Source: Candidatus Heimdallarchaeota archaeon (GTDB lineage: Archaea; Asgardarchaeota; Heimdallarchaeia; Heimdallarchaeales; Heimdallarchaeaceae). From it: a stretch of DNA of 64,000 nucleotides. The DNA is taken from positions 128,001-192,000 of the forward strand of contig JAEOSZ010000031.1 of assembly GCA_016840095.1 (NCBI GenBank). The letters run 5' to 3'. Under the pieces are notes generated by a model that had not been told where the DNA came from, searched no databases, and was given only the letters and a program-made list of their open reading frames with translations. Positions 19,721-29,633 of the stretch are shown here, one piece after another. The translations under genes and the position numbers were made by a program. Position 1 is the stretch's first letter; each line of letters opens with the position of its first letter.

Positions 19721-21481
19721 TTACTTCTTCTTCTTAATGAAAACAAGTGTTCCTGCTGCGACAACGGCTATCCCTGTAACAACACCTGCTATAATACTAG
19801 CAAATTCTCTCACATGAGGAGGATTATATTGAACATATTCACAATTAGAAAGATAACTTAAGCCATATTGATTTTCTGCAACTAAAACATAGTAATAGAT
19901 TCCTTCAGAACTCAGAGTATCTGTATAATTAGCAGATGATATTGAAGATAATGCTGTTAGACCATCGATAGATGAGATATATTCAGTGCTTCTGTATAGA
20001 ATAAACTGTGTAACTCCAGGAACAGCTTCCCAAGTTAGTTCCACTTGATCACTTTCAGAAGGATTAGGTACAATAGGTTGTAATATAGGTTTATCTGGAG
20101 GTCCTGCAAATTTCCTGAGAAAGATATCATCATCTAGGCCACTTCCAAGAATATCAAGTTGATCATCCCAAGCAAATATGACATGATCAGCTGAATTGAT
20201 GGCAATAGTTCCTCCACCAGGGGAATTTACTTGATCAAATGTTACTGACATGACTTTACTCCACTGATTCTTATCAATGTAAAGAACTTTGTATAAGATG
20301 TCCCAGTCAGTAGTTGGACCATAATCTGAGTAATCCATCCAGACGAAATGAACGTTATTTATAGAGTCAACAAGCATTGTAGTCATTGAAATGTCATAAA
20401 ACTGTGAAGTACCTTCAAATCCGCTGGAAACAACTTCTATTACATCCCAACTAGAAAGTGTGTCTACATACCTTCTATAGAAGATGTCTTTATCAGAACC
20501 AGCCAAGAAATAATCTTCATTGTCTTCCCAACATATATGTACATCATCCTTGGTATCGATAACTATTTTCGGAAGTTCAGAAGCAGCACCACTTACTGAA
20601 GATAATACTTCAGTAGTTGACCACATATCTTCTGAAAGAAGATGAATCCTATAGAAAATATCTGAATCTAAACCAGCAGAGAGATAATTTTCTTCATCAG
20701 ACCAGACAAAATGAATGTAGCCTTTGGAATCTATTGCAACTGCAGGAAAAATCGAAGGTGAAGAACTAACAGTTGAGACGACCGTTACGGATCTCCAAGT
20801 TCCTAAGAGTATGTCTTTTTGTTTGTAGAATATATCAGTATCTCCTCCGGCTCCTAGGTAATTAGTTTCATCATACCAGGCAACAACTGGATTATCATGA
20901 TTATCAATTACAATATATGGTGCAAATGAATGGTCTGTACTTTCAGATGATACTACTTCCGTTGTTTGCCAGATTTGTGTAGTAGCATTCCAACATCTGT
21001 AGAAAACATCTGCATCACTTGCTCCTGCTCCTGCATAATCTGAAATATCTTCCCATACAACATGAAGGTTGTCCTTTGAATCAATTGCAATTATAGGTTT
21101 ATATGAGCTTAAATCACATTGTTCAGATACGAAGTATGCTGTAGACCAATCTTGGGTTTCTTCTTCCCAAACACTATGTAGAACAGCTCCATCTGTTCCA
21201 CTTCCTAGATAATCTCCATAGTCTGTCCAAACTACATGAATACTCTCTTTTGAATCTATAGCTATTGAGGGATAGATTGAACCACCACTAGTTACTGTAG
21301 AAACAACTTCTACAGGTGTAAACTCCCAATTTTCCTTATCGGAATTATTGAGCCCGATTGAGGAAAATGGATTTTCTATACTTGTTTTTCCAATTATAGA
21401 ACTTTTTGTTCCTAAATTCAGAAAAAACAGGATAACAAGACTAAACGCTAAAATTCTAATCATTTTTAGTTTTTTTCGCAT
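19721..21481 (-). CDS. Surface beta-propeller protein (about 7 ~58-aa HVVW/DIFY repeats) + fibronectin-III-like domain + C-terminal TM anchor
   Basis: Repeats W..EVVS...S..P.IAIDS...HVVW.D..DY.G.G.D.DIFY; LTWEAV...YRS...YYYVLVAEN (FN3); TM + KKKK. Probable start ATG 21481 (track GTG 21490). Confidence 0.8.
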   Translation of the reverse strand: MRKKLKMIRILAFSLVILFFLNLGTKSSIIGKTSIENPFSSIGLNNSDKENWEFTPVEVVSTVTSGGSIYPSIAIDSKESIHVVWTDYGDYLGSGTDGAVLHSVWEEETQDWSTAYFVSEQCDLSSYKPIIAIDSKDNLHVVWEDISDYAGAGASDADVFYRCWNATTQIWQTTEVVSSESTDHSFAPYIVIDNHDNPVVAWYDETNYLGAGGDTDIFYKQKDILLGTWRSVTVVSTVSSSPSIFPAVAIDSKGYIHFVWSDEENYLSAGLDSDIFYRIHLLSEDMWSTTEVLSSVSGAASELPKIVIDTKDDVHICWEDNEDYFLAGSDKDIFYRRYVDTLSSWDVIEVVSSGFEGTSQFYDISMTTMLVDSINNVHFVWMDYSDYGPTTDWDILYKVLYIDKNQWSKVMSVTFDQVNSPGGGTIAINSADHVIFAWDDQLDILGSGLDDDIFLRKFAGPPDKPILQPIVPNPSESDQVELTWEAVPGVTQFILYRSTEYISSIDGLTALSSISSANYTDTLSSEGIYYYVLVAENQYGLSYLSNCEYVQYNPPHVREFASIIAGVVTGIAVVAAGTLVFIKKKK

Positions 21482-21614
21482 TAATTCCACCTTTAAGTCT
21501 AAACTATACTTTATAGTATTGCTAAAAATAAATATTGTGGCTGCATTTCTTGCATTATTCCAGTCTACAGTTGCTAAATAGAAAACTATTTAGTTTCATA
21601 GATTCGGAAAACTT

Positions 21615-22469
21615 ATGGAAGGAAAAGTTATCTTCATTTCTGGTTCTACTGATGGCATTGGAAAGCAAGCTGCACTTGAGTTAGCAAAAATGGGTGCACA
21701 TGTAATTGTTCATGGGAGAAATGAAGAAAAAACATTAGCTGTTGTAGAGTTTATCAAAACTGAATCAAAAAGTGAAGATATAGATTATGTTCTCGCTGAT
21801 ATGTCTTCATTTGAACAGATAAGAGCAATGTCTGATGTTCTTCATGAACGCTATGAAAGAATAGATGTTCTTGTAAATAATGCTGGAGCACAGATTCACA
21901 AATTTCAATATTCAGAAGATGGATATGAGCTAAATTTTGCAGTAAATCACTTAGCATATTTCTTAACAACTTCTCTCCTCCTGGATATGGTATCAAAATC
22001 TGATTATAAACGTATAGTGGTTGTTAGTTCAGGTATGCATTTCAGACTGGAGGAAATTGATTGGGATGTTTTCAAAGGGAAAAAGGAATATGACCTTTAC
22101 AATTACTATGCTCATTCGAAACTAGCGAATATTATGTTTAGTTATAAACTATCGAGATTACTTCAAAATAAAGAGATTACAGTAAATTGTCTTCATCCAG
22201 GACTCATTAACACTAATCTAAATCCTCAAAGAGCTCCACATATTGTAGCTCGGGCATTACCAGTTGAGTCGGGGATAATTAGCACTATGCGTTTAGTTAC
22301 TGATCCTGCATTAGATGGAGTTACAGGAAAATACTTCACTTCAGATGGAACTGAAACAGAATCTAGTCCCATCTCTTATAATATAGAAGATCAAGAGAAA
22401 TTGTGGACCATTACAGAAACATGTGCAGGTATGAATGTTTTGAAGTTTATTGAATCTGAAAGTCTTTAA
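21615..22469 (+). CDS. SDR family oxidoreductase (retinol dehydrogenase-like)
   Basis: SGSTDGIG, NNAG, VNHL, YAHSK, LHPG. Confidence 0.92.
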   Translation: MEGKVIFISGSTDGIGKQAALELAKMGAHVIVHGRNEEKTLAVVEFIKTESKSEDIDYVLADMSSFEQIRAMSDVLHERYERIDVLVNNAGAQIHKFQYSEDGYELNFAVNHLAYFLTTSLLLDMVSKSDYKRIVVVSSGMHFRLEEIDWDVFKGKKEYDLYNYYAHSKLANIMFSYKLSRLLQNKEITVNCLHPGLINTNLNPQRAPHIVARALPVESGIISTMRLVTDPALDGVTGKYFTSDGTETESSPISYNIEDQEKLWTITETCAGMNVLKFIESESL

Positions 22470-22487
22470 AGGAGATTCTTCAATTTC

Positions 22488-23720
22488 TCACTCATTATGA
22501 ACCAAATCATAAAATTCTTTCAATCTATCAGCCATAAATCTTATCTCTCTTTTGTTCATGTTGGGAGTTGAAGGAATGTAAACTATACCATTGTTGAATT
22601 TGACATCAACTTCTTTACCTTCATAATCATGATTGAATACTTTGTAAGTTGGATTAGAAATACAAGATATGTCATATTCAGTTAAGAATTCAAGAAACTG
22701 ATCAACCAATTGTTCTTCAACTTGAAGAGTATTATAAACTGATAAACTGCCTTCTCCCCTTTGCCAAGGTAAGAAGTAAGAAATGACCTCTGGATCCAAG
22801 TATTCTAAGAAGTAAGAATATTTCTTTGCAAACAAAACTTCCATATCTTTGTAGTCATCCAAATGCCTATACATTGATTTAAGTAATCCTTTGGATGGTT
22901 TACTGAGATAGGTTTCACGATCAAACCCAGGATTCTTAGCTCTATACATTTTTGCAAATTCTAACAGACTGAACTTTTTGTTGAAGAAAGTTACAACCCT
23001 AAGAAGTTCAAGAAACACTGCTACAAATATTCGACTATTGTAAAATAGATAAGTTGGTATCTTCTTTAATAATTCCTTAAATCTTTTTCCAGTTTTTTCT
23101 TGAGGTAGTGTTTTTGTGATTTTTACAATACCTTCTATTATTTTCTTATGTTTATTCTCAAGATATAGAAATCCACCACCAAGAGCTATAGGTCTCTTAT
23201 CCATACCCATTGAGTAAATTGGAATATCAACAATCTCATGACTTGTAAGTGTATCCATTGTTCCGCCTTGAACTCTATCTTCGATAACAAAACAGCTATG
23301 TTTCTTCTTAAAATTTACAAGTTTTGATAGATCTATATCTTGTCCAAAATAGTGGGTTATGACAACTAAATCACATTTTTTAACTTCTGGAATTCTTTCT
23401 ATTTCATTGAAGCTTTTGTTTAATTTTATTATATAGATATTTTCAGGTTTTACATATTTTTCAATGATGTTTCTGAATGAAGTGTGTTGTATTGGAGTTG
23501 TTACTACTACTAAATCTTCTTTACTAAAATACTTCATACATGTATCAAATAATGCTCTGCATGAATAACCTAAAACTCTTGTATATTTTTCACCTTCTAT
23601 AGTTAGCTCAAATTCCTTTGATGTCAATAGGTTTGTTATATGTCTTCCGAATTCAATAGGACTTAAAGCTAGGTAGTCTGGTGCTGCTTTGATTATTCTT
23701 GGCATACTTATTTTATCCAA
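22488..23720 (-). CDS. Divergent DegT/DnrJ/EryC1/StrS-type PLP-dependent transferase
   Basis: VVITHYFG, VIEDRVQG, YSMGMDK(R)PIALGGG (PLP lysine), IPSTPNM. Confidence 0.7.
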   Translation of the reverse strand: MDKISMPRIIKAAPDYLALSPIEFGRHITNLLTSKEFELTIEGEKYTRVLGYSCRALFDTCMKYFSKEDLVVVTTPIQHTSFRNIIEKYVKPENIYIIKLNKSFNEIERIPEVKKCDLVVITHYFGQDIDLSKLVNFKKKHSCFVIEDRVQGGTMDTLTSHEIVDIPIYSMGMDKRPIALGGGFLYLENKHKKIIEGIVKITKTLPQEKTGKRFKELLKKIPTYLFYNSRIFVAVFLELLRVVTFFNKKFSLLEFAKMYRAKNPGFDRETYLSKPSKGLLKSMYRHLDDYKDMEVLFAKKYSYFLEYLDPEVISYFLPWQRGEGSLSVYNTLQVEEQLVDQFLEFLTEYDISCISNPTYKVFNHDYEGKEVDVKFNNGIVYIPSTPNMNKREIRFMADRLKEFYDLVHNE

Positions 23721-23798
23721 AATCAGTGATTTAAAAGGCTAATGGTGGTTCTGAATCTCAAGGAAAGTACTTTTATTCTTATAGTCTTGTAGGATACT

Positions 23799-24398
23799 AT
23801 GAGTGATAGTCAAAGAACTTCGAAATTCCTCCGGACATTATCTTTTATTGGACAACTCATTGTAAAAAGAATGAATACAATTTTGATAATGGAAATTCCG
23901 CCGGAAAAAATACTTGATATTGGTGGCGGGGGAGAAGGAATAATTGCTCAAGTTGGTAGAGAGAGAGTAACAGCTGTTGATAAGTATCAAAGTGAGATCA
24001 ACCAAGCAAAGCATAAAGCTCCTGAAGCTACATGGGTGCTTGCAGATGCTACAAAATTAGGTTATTCTGAAAATTTCTTTGATAACGCAACTTCATTTTT
24101 TAGTATCATGTATATGTCTAATGAAGATAAATCTAAAGTCTTTCAAGAAGTCTATAGAGTGCTTAAACCTGAAGGTGAATTCTGGGTTTGGGATGCATCT
24201 ATATCTAGTGATAAAGGAGTGTTTTTCATAAAAGTAAAAGCAATTCTACCTAACAAAGAAGTTGTTAGAACAGGATATGGTGTCTCTTCTAAGATACAAA
24301 CATCTGATGTTGTGAAAGATTTGCTTGAAAACATTGGATTCAAAGTTGAAGTTGTAGAAGACAATGAGAACTGGTATTTTCTGAAAGCTAAGAAATAA
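23799..24398 (+). CDS. Class I SAM-dependent methyltransferase
   Basis: ILDIGGGGEG, ADATKL, EVYRVLKPEG. Confidence 0.9.
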   Translation: MSDSQRTSKFLRTLSFIGQLIVKRMNTILIMEIPPEKILDIGGGGEGIIAQVGRERVTAVDKYQSEINQAKHKAPEATWVLADATKLGYSENFFDNATSFFSIMYMSNEDKSKVFQEVYRVLKPEGEFWVWDASISSDKGVFFIKVKAILPNKEVVRTGYGVSSKIQTSDVVKDLLENIGFKVEVVEDNENWYFLKAKK

Positions 24399-24498
24399 AA
24401 TTATCTTCATTTGTTAAGAAAATTTTCGCCTTTAATGAAAGATATTTAATACATTATCTATTTTATCAATGTAACTGCAAAAAGTGAGAGTGACGTAA

Positions 24499-26430
24499 TT
24501 TACTGACAACGATACACAACTCAAGAAAATAGACTCCTTAGTAGATTCTTATAGATACAAGGAAGCCTTAGAAGAAATCACTCAATTAGAGAAGACTCCC
24601 ACTATTTCTGAAGAAGCTTTTGCAGAACTAATGTACAGAAAGTCGTTTATTCTTACACACTTAGGTTATTTTGATGATAGTATATCTCATGCTCAGCATA
24701 CATTGAATCTTTTTGGTGGAAAACTAATCACTCTAACTCAGAAATTTGATCTATATTTTGTAATTATTGAATCTCTTTGGAGGTTGGGTAAATTTGAAGA
24801 GAGTCTTCTGATGATTGAGAGAGTAGAGAATATTGCAAGAAATGAGATTATTGGCGATGAAACATCAGTTATGAAAGAAATTCAAACACAGTTTCAGTTT
24901 CATAAAAGCTGCATTTATTGTTTCATTGATTTAGGTAGATCAACTGATTTTGTTGATAAAAGTTTGAAGCTTTCAAAAGAATTAGAAGATGATGTACTTT
25001 ACGCTAGAAGTCTCTTTAGAAAAGGTAAGATTCTCACTTATCAAGGAATTTTAGATGAATCACATGAGCTTCTAGAGGAGAGTTTAGAAATAGGAAGAAA
25101 ACTAAATGATCATAGTGTAATGGCTAACTCCTTAGTTGCTATAGGAGAAATTCACAGATTGAAAGGAGATTTTGACCAAGCATTACAATTCTTCAATACG
25201 GCTTTAGCTCTTTATCAGGAAATTGGAAATAACTATGGAATGGCAATTACCTACAACAATGTAGGAATAGTCTATTACAGTCAAGGTGATTTTGATAACT
25301 CCTTTGAATTTTTCACCAAAAGTCTTGAAAGAGCATTAGAAATAAACTTTAATTTCACAGTTGTAGAGTCTCTCTACTATTTGATAAATATACTATTGAG
25401 TAGAGATAATTTGTTTGAAGCAAAAGAACACCTAGATATTTCCAGGAATGCATCCAAAGATCAACAAGAGACCATGATTTATTATTATACACAACTCTCT
25501 GAAGCTGTATACAATAGAAAAACTAACAGATTTACTAGCCTAGGAAAAGCTCAAGAGATTCTTGTAGATATAATTGAAAAGAATCTTGTCTATCAGGAAA
25601 TCAATATCCATGCAATGTTAAACTTGTGTGAGATTTTACTTCATGAACTAAGATTTACTAATAATCATGAAATTCTTGAAGATTTAGAAGTTATATCAGA
25701 TAAATTATTGGAGATAGCTAAAGAACAAATCTCAAGGTCTCTTTTAGCAGAAGTTTATTGGTTAAAGGGACGACTTGCACTCATCGATGCAGATATTGAC
25801 AAAGCTACTGGTTTTCTATCTCAAGCGCAAATCATTGCTGAGGATCAGAAACTGGAAAATCTCGCTAGAAAGATTTCAAATGAGCATGATGAAATATTAA
25901 CCGAATATGCAAGTTGGAAAAACATAATAGAAGAGAATACTAGTCTTGCAGACAGAATCAAAGCTTCCCAGGTAGATAAACTAGTTCTGAATATGATAAA
26001 TAGGGCTACATTTGATTTGGAAGAAATAGAAAATGATGCGCCTGTAATGTTGATGATTCTAGATGAAAATGGTATTCCTTTCTTCTCATACCAGTTTGGT
26101 GATGAAGATCAAGTTAATCAAGTTATTTTCTCTGGTTTTCTAACTGCAATCAATAACATTATTCAGGAAGTTTTTTCAACTGAAGGATCTCTTAGAAGAA
26201 TTGAACATCAGAACTATCTACTTATTTTCAGTCAAATTGAAAATGTAATTATATGCTATGCTTTCAAAGGTTCATCCTATTCAGCAAGTAAGAAAATAGA
26301 AGCTTTCAGGAGTAGATTAGTATCTTCACCAATTTGGTTAGATTTTCCTACAATGATTAAGACTGGAAGATCATTAGAGGATGAAAAATTCAAACGTCTT
26401 GAAAATTGGGCAGATGAAATTTTTACATAG
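24499..26430 (+). CDS. TPR-repeat protein with C-terminal longin/roadblock-like domain; true start unclear
   Basis: TPRs (ANSLVAIGEIHRLKGDFDQALQFFNTAL; AITYNNVGIVYYSQGDFDNSFEFFTKSL); C-terminal LMILDENGIPFFS...IFSGFLTAI. Frame is open from 24499; first ATG is 24631. Confidence 0.8.
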   Translation, partial: FTDNDTQLKKIDSLVDSYRYKEALEEITQLEKTPTISEEAFAELMYRKSFILTHLGYFDDSISHAQHTLNLFGGKLITLTQKFDLYFVIIESLWRLGKFEESLLMIERVENIARNEIIGDETSVMKEIQTQFQFHKSCIYCFIDLGRSTDFVDKSLKLSKELEDDVLYARSLFRKGKILTYQGILDESHELLEESLEIGRKLNDHSVMANSLVAIGEIHRLKGDFDQALQFFNTALALYQEIGNNYGMAITYNNVGIVYYSQGDFDNSFEFFTKSLERALEINFNFTVVESLYYLINILLSRDNLFEAKEHLDISRNASKDQQETMIYYYTQLSEAVYNRKTNRFTSLGKAQEILVDIIEKNLVYQEINIHAMLNLCEILLHELRFTNNHEILEDLEVISDKLLEIAKEQISRSLLAEVYWLKGRLALIDADIDKATGFLSQAQIIAEDQKLENLARKISNEHDEILTEYASWKNIIEENTSLADRIKASQVDKLVLNMINRATFDLEEIENDAPVMLMILDENGIPFFSYQFGDEDQVNQVIFSGFLTAINNIIQEVFSTEGSLRRIEHQNYLLIFSQIENVIICYAFKGSSYSASKKIEAFRSRLVSSPIWLDFPTMIKTGRSLEDEKFKRLENWADEIFT

Positions 26431-26458
26431 AAAAAAGAAAATAGGGAAAGAATACTAA

Positions 26459-27892
26459 TTACTTTTTAGCTTCCTTCTTAGCTTGTTTCTTAGCTTTCTT
26501 CTCTTCTTTGAATTTAGTTAATTCAGCGTCTGAGTATGGTTCTACGAACATAATTGGTTCTACGTTGTAAACTATTCCTCTAGAACGAATAGGATCTTTA
26601 TGATCTATCTTTCTTCTGCCTACTGCCAAGTTAATGTATGCGAACATCCATTCGAAAGTTCCGATATAACGAGCCAAATCCCAGAGTCTGATTAATCCTT
26701 CCATAAATAGAGCGAAAACAAATGCGAGGAATAATGCTCCTAAGAATGTAGCTTGATATCTAGCTACATACTCTAAACCAGGTATGAATGTTAGAACCTT
26801 TTCTGGTATGAATATTAAAATCTGTAACATATAAACTGAAAGAGCCATAACTCCCCATCTTCTAATGAAACGAGATCTTCTTACCCACTTTTCTACTCTA
26901 AGCTTCTTGTTGAATTCTACTTTTTGAATAATGAATAATAGAGCTGCTAATTCTAATCCCGTATTTGCTAGCATAAACCATGTTGGATGAACATGTTGGA
27001 AGACTAGGACTCCATCTATATCATTCCCATTACCAAATAATGATACGGTGAAAAGTTTGGAATCTACTAGAACAAACCAAAGTCCACCAATCACAAATAA
27101 TCCTAAAGCTACCCAATAGCCTATTTTCAGAAATTTCTTTGAAGGATTATCCTGAGCAAGCCACATACCAATGATTACACCAACAAGTGCTGATGCAAGC
27201 ATTGGAAATATCGGGGCTTCTCTTCCTCCGAAGAATATAAGCCAGTATCGCGCAAATGGATTCGTAATTGGATCTAAATATGGTGGTCCAGCATTTGTTC
27301 GGAAATCAACTGATAATCCTATTGAGCTATTAACTCCTTGTTGAACAAATGGAGCGGTGAAGATTATTATTAAAGCCATACAACCAAAAATGATTGAATT
27401 TCTTAGTAGTTTCTTCATGCCATCCTTTCTACTAATAAGGAAAAAGATTACACTTGCAATTATGATGCTGAAAGCAATATCCTGAAGTGCTTCAACGAAG
27501 AAAACGAAATCTGCTGCAATAGCCCAATTCCATGATCCGCTTCTGTGCCAGACATCTATTATACCAAAAGTATTGAAAATTGCATTATATAATGTTCCAA
27601 TTCCCCAAAGCATAAGACCAGCAAAGAGATTCTTGAGCATAATGTTGAGTCTATTTTGACCATCTTTGAATTTCTTAACCATTACGTAAGTATGAACAGC
27701 TGCAGAAATCATGATAAAGAATCCACGCCAGTGACCTAAGATGAAGAATATGAAAGCAAATGGTAATTCCCATGTTAAGCTACTTAAATCTCCTGTCCCA
27801 AAAAATTCCCATGAATTGAAAAATCCATGAAAAACAGTCATACCCAAGACAGCTAAACCTCGAGCAAAGTCAAGTGATGTTATTCTCTTCAT
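26459..27892 (-). CDS. HGSNAT/DUF1624-like membrane-bound acyltransferase family protein
   Basis: RITSLDFARGLAVLGMTVFH; ~11 TMs; RWGVMALSVY; GTFEW. Confidence 0.75.
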   Translation of the reverse strand: MKRITSLDFARGLAVLGMTVFHGFFNSWEFFGTGDLSSLTWELPFAFIFFILGHWRGFFIMISAAVHTYVMVKKFKDGQNRLNIMLKNLFAGLMLWGIGTLYNAIFNTFGIIDVWHRSGSWNWAIAADFVFFVEALQDIAFSIIIASVIFFLISRKDGMKKLLRNSIIFGCMALIIIFTAPFVQQGVNSSIGLSVDFRTNAGPPYLDPITNPFARYWLIFFGGREAPIFPMLASALVGVIIGMWLAQDNPSKKFLKIGYWVALGLFVIGGLWFVLVDSKLFTVSLFGNGNDIDGVLVFQHVHPTWFMLANTGLELAALLFIIQKVEFNKKLRVEKWVRRSRFIRRWGVMALSVYMLQILIFIPEKVLTFIPGLEYVARYQATFLGALFLAFVFALFMEGLIRLWDLARYIGTFEWMFAYINLAVGRRKIDHKDPIRSRGIVYNVEPIMFVEPYSDAELTKFKEEKKAKKQAKKEAKK

Positions 27893-27953
27893 AAATTTGG
27901 TTAATCTGAAGCTTGTTTAAAAAGATTATTAGAAGTTAAATTAACAGTGTTCT

Positions 27954-29456
27954 TTAATCGTCAGAACCAGTTTGCGTTTCTTCATAATTAGCCCAGATTA
28001 CATCTTCGGATATAACTCCGCTTTGAAGTTTGTTAGATTTAACCTTAGAGAACAGACTTTGTAATTTTACAAAGAACCACTCGACTGAACCTTTCATGTT
28101 AAACCTAATAAGTATCATTACTACTAGTTCGTAGAACATAAGAACATAGATGACGATGAAGATAATTAGCCAGAAATATTCTTTAGGAATAACATAATGA
28201 TCTAATAAACTTACACCAGTTGTTTTTTGGGTTACTAGTGTGAGAATTCCTCTTGGAAGAAGCTCTAGGATATGTAAACTATAAATTGTTAGCGAAAAAG
28301 TTCCCCATCTTCTGAAAAATTTCCATACAAATTTATTGGCGAATTTTTCTCCTTTTCCTTTAAACTCTATTTGACTGAAAAGAAGCATGAGTAGCAATAT
28401 CTGGCCCCCTAGTCTAACCATATAAAATCCAATCCCAGGAGGATTTTCAATTGTGGTGAATTTAAAAATCTGATAAAGGTTCGTTAATCCTAGAATACTT
28501 CCGTTACTAGACTGTACATCTAGTATTGGTCTTGTAAACATACTCAATTGATATTTACTCGGTAAATCTTGTACTACAAACCCTAACACAACAAGTACTC
28601 CTCCAACAAGAATAAGAACAGCACCTACTATTGAAAAATTCCTGAGAACCTTCTTTTTCGGTCTAGGATCCGCAAGAAAAATTCCTATTAAAGAACCAAA
28701 AAATGCAGAGACCATAAAAGGCATTAATGGAAACTTTGGTCCAGCAATTATATTAAGTAACCAAGTTTTCCCATTCATGTGTCCACTGACAGCATAAATA
28801 TCAGGCCAATTCGGGATATAAGTTGATGCTATAAAATCATTGATGAAAGGAGTAGCTAACAAAACAAAGCCTATTAGTAAACCATAGATTATTACATTAC
28901 GAGTTGTTTTTTCATATCCTTTCTTTCTTAGGATTAAATATTGAATAACTCCATTAATCATAATAGCAAGTCCTATTATCTGGAGTGTTTGTATCCAGAA
29001 ACTTTCCGCAACAAATGGTCTGAAATTCGTCCAATCTCCAGTTCGAATCGAATTTCCAAAATACCCCCAATAACCGAATCCTTCTACTAAATAACCAATA
29101 GCAACTATAATTATTCCACCTATCAAATTTTTTCCTAACAGTCTTCTTGCATCGTACCCAGCTTTGACTTTTCTAGCAAAAACCAAAGAGTTGACAATGG
29201 CGGAAATAAAGAGGAAAAAACCATGCCAGTTTCCGAAATATCCTAGAATTATTACTAATATCCAGACAAATGGATTAAAGTCAAAATTTCCAGCATTTAT
29301 AGAATCCATCAACCAAGTTGCATCAAATAGTTTATAGCTGACATGTACTAGAATCATACCGAAAATTGCTATACCTCTTAGAATATCTAAAGTAACCAAA
29401 CGTTTAGGTAAATTTCTGGAGCTATCAGCTGATTCTAGAGAAGTCAATGTTATCAC
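27954..29456 (-). CDS. HGSNAT/DUF1624-like membrane-bound acyltransferase family protein (tandem paralog)
   Basis: RLVTLDILRGIAIFGMILVH; RWGTFSLTIYSLH; GSVEW. Confidence 0.75.
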   Translation of the reverse strand: MITLTSLESADSSRNLPKRLVTLDILRGIAIFGMILVHVSYKLFDATWLMDSINAGNFDFNPFVWILVIILGYFGNWHGFFLFISAIVNSLVFARKVKAGYDARRLLGKNLIGGIIIVAIGYLVEGFGYWGYFGNSIRTGDWTNFRPFVAESFWIQTLQIIGLAIMINGVIQYLILRKKGYEKTTRNVIIYGLLIGFVLLATPFINDFIASTYIPNWPDIYAVSGHMNGKTWLLNIIAGPKFPLMPFMVSAFFGSLIGIFLADPRPKKKVLRNFSIVGAVLILVGGVLVVLGFVVQDLPSKYQLSMFTRPILDVQSSNGSILGLTNLYQIFKFTTIENPPGIGFYMVRLGGQILLLMLLFSQIEFKGKGEKFANKFVWKFFRRWGTFSLTIYSLHILELLPRGILTLVTQKTTGVSLLDHYVIPKEYFWLIIFIVIYVLMFYELVVMILIRFNMKGSVEWFFVKLQSLFSKVKSNKLQSGVISEDVIWANYEETQTGSDD

Positions 29457-29553
29457 TTGAAATGGAATTTTACTATTTCAGATTTATATAAATTTTCAGT
29501 ACATCTGCTTAAAGTATTTGGGTTCTTTAAAAACTATGCAAAAGAACTTTGTT

Positions 29554-29603
29554 AATCAGCTAAAGTATCTGTTACATCTATTACAATTTCAGATTCATCT
29601 GCT
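29554..29603. repeat. 50-bp direct repeat, copy A (orphan duplicate of the 3' end of the 31233-33041 gene)
   Basis: 48/50 identical to 31235-31284; followed on the minus strand by TAA at the position of the gene's TGA. Confidence 0.95.
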
Positions 29604-29633
29604 ATTCTTCAGTTAAATTGAAAACGGGATTAT

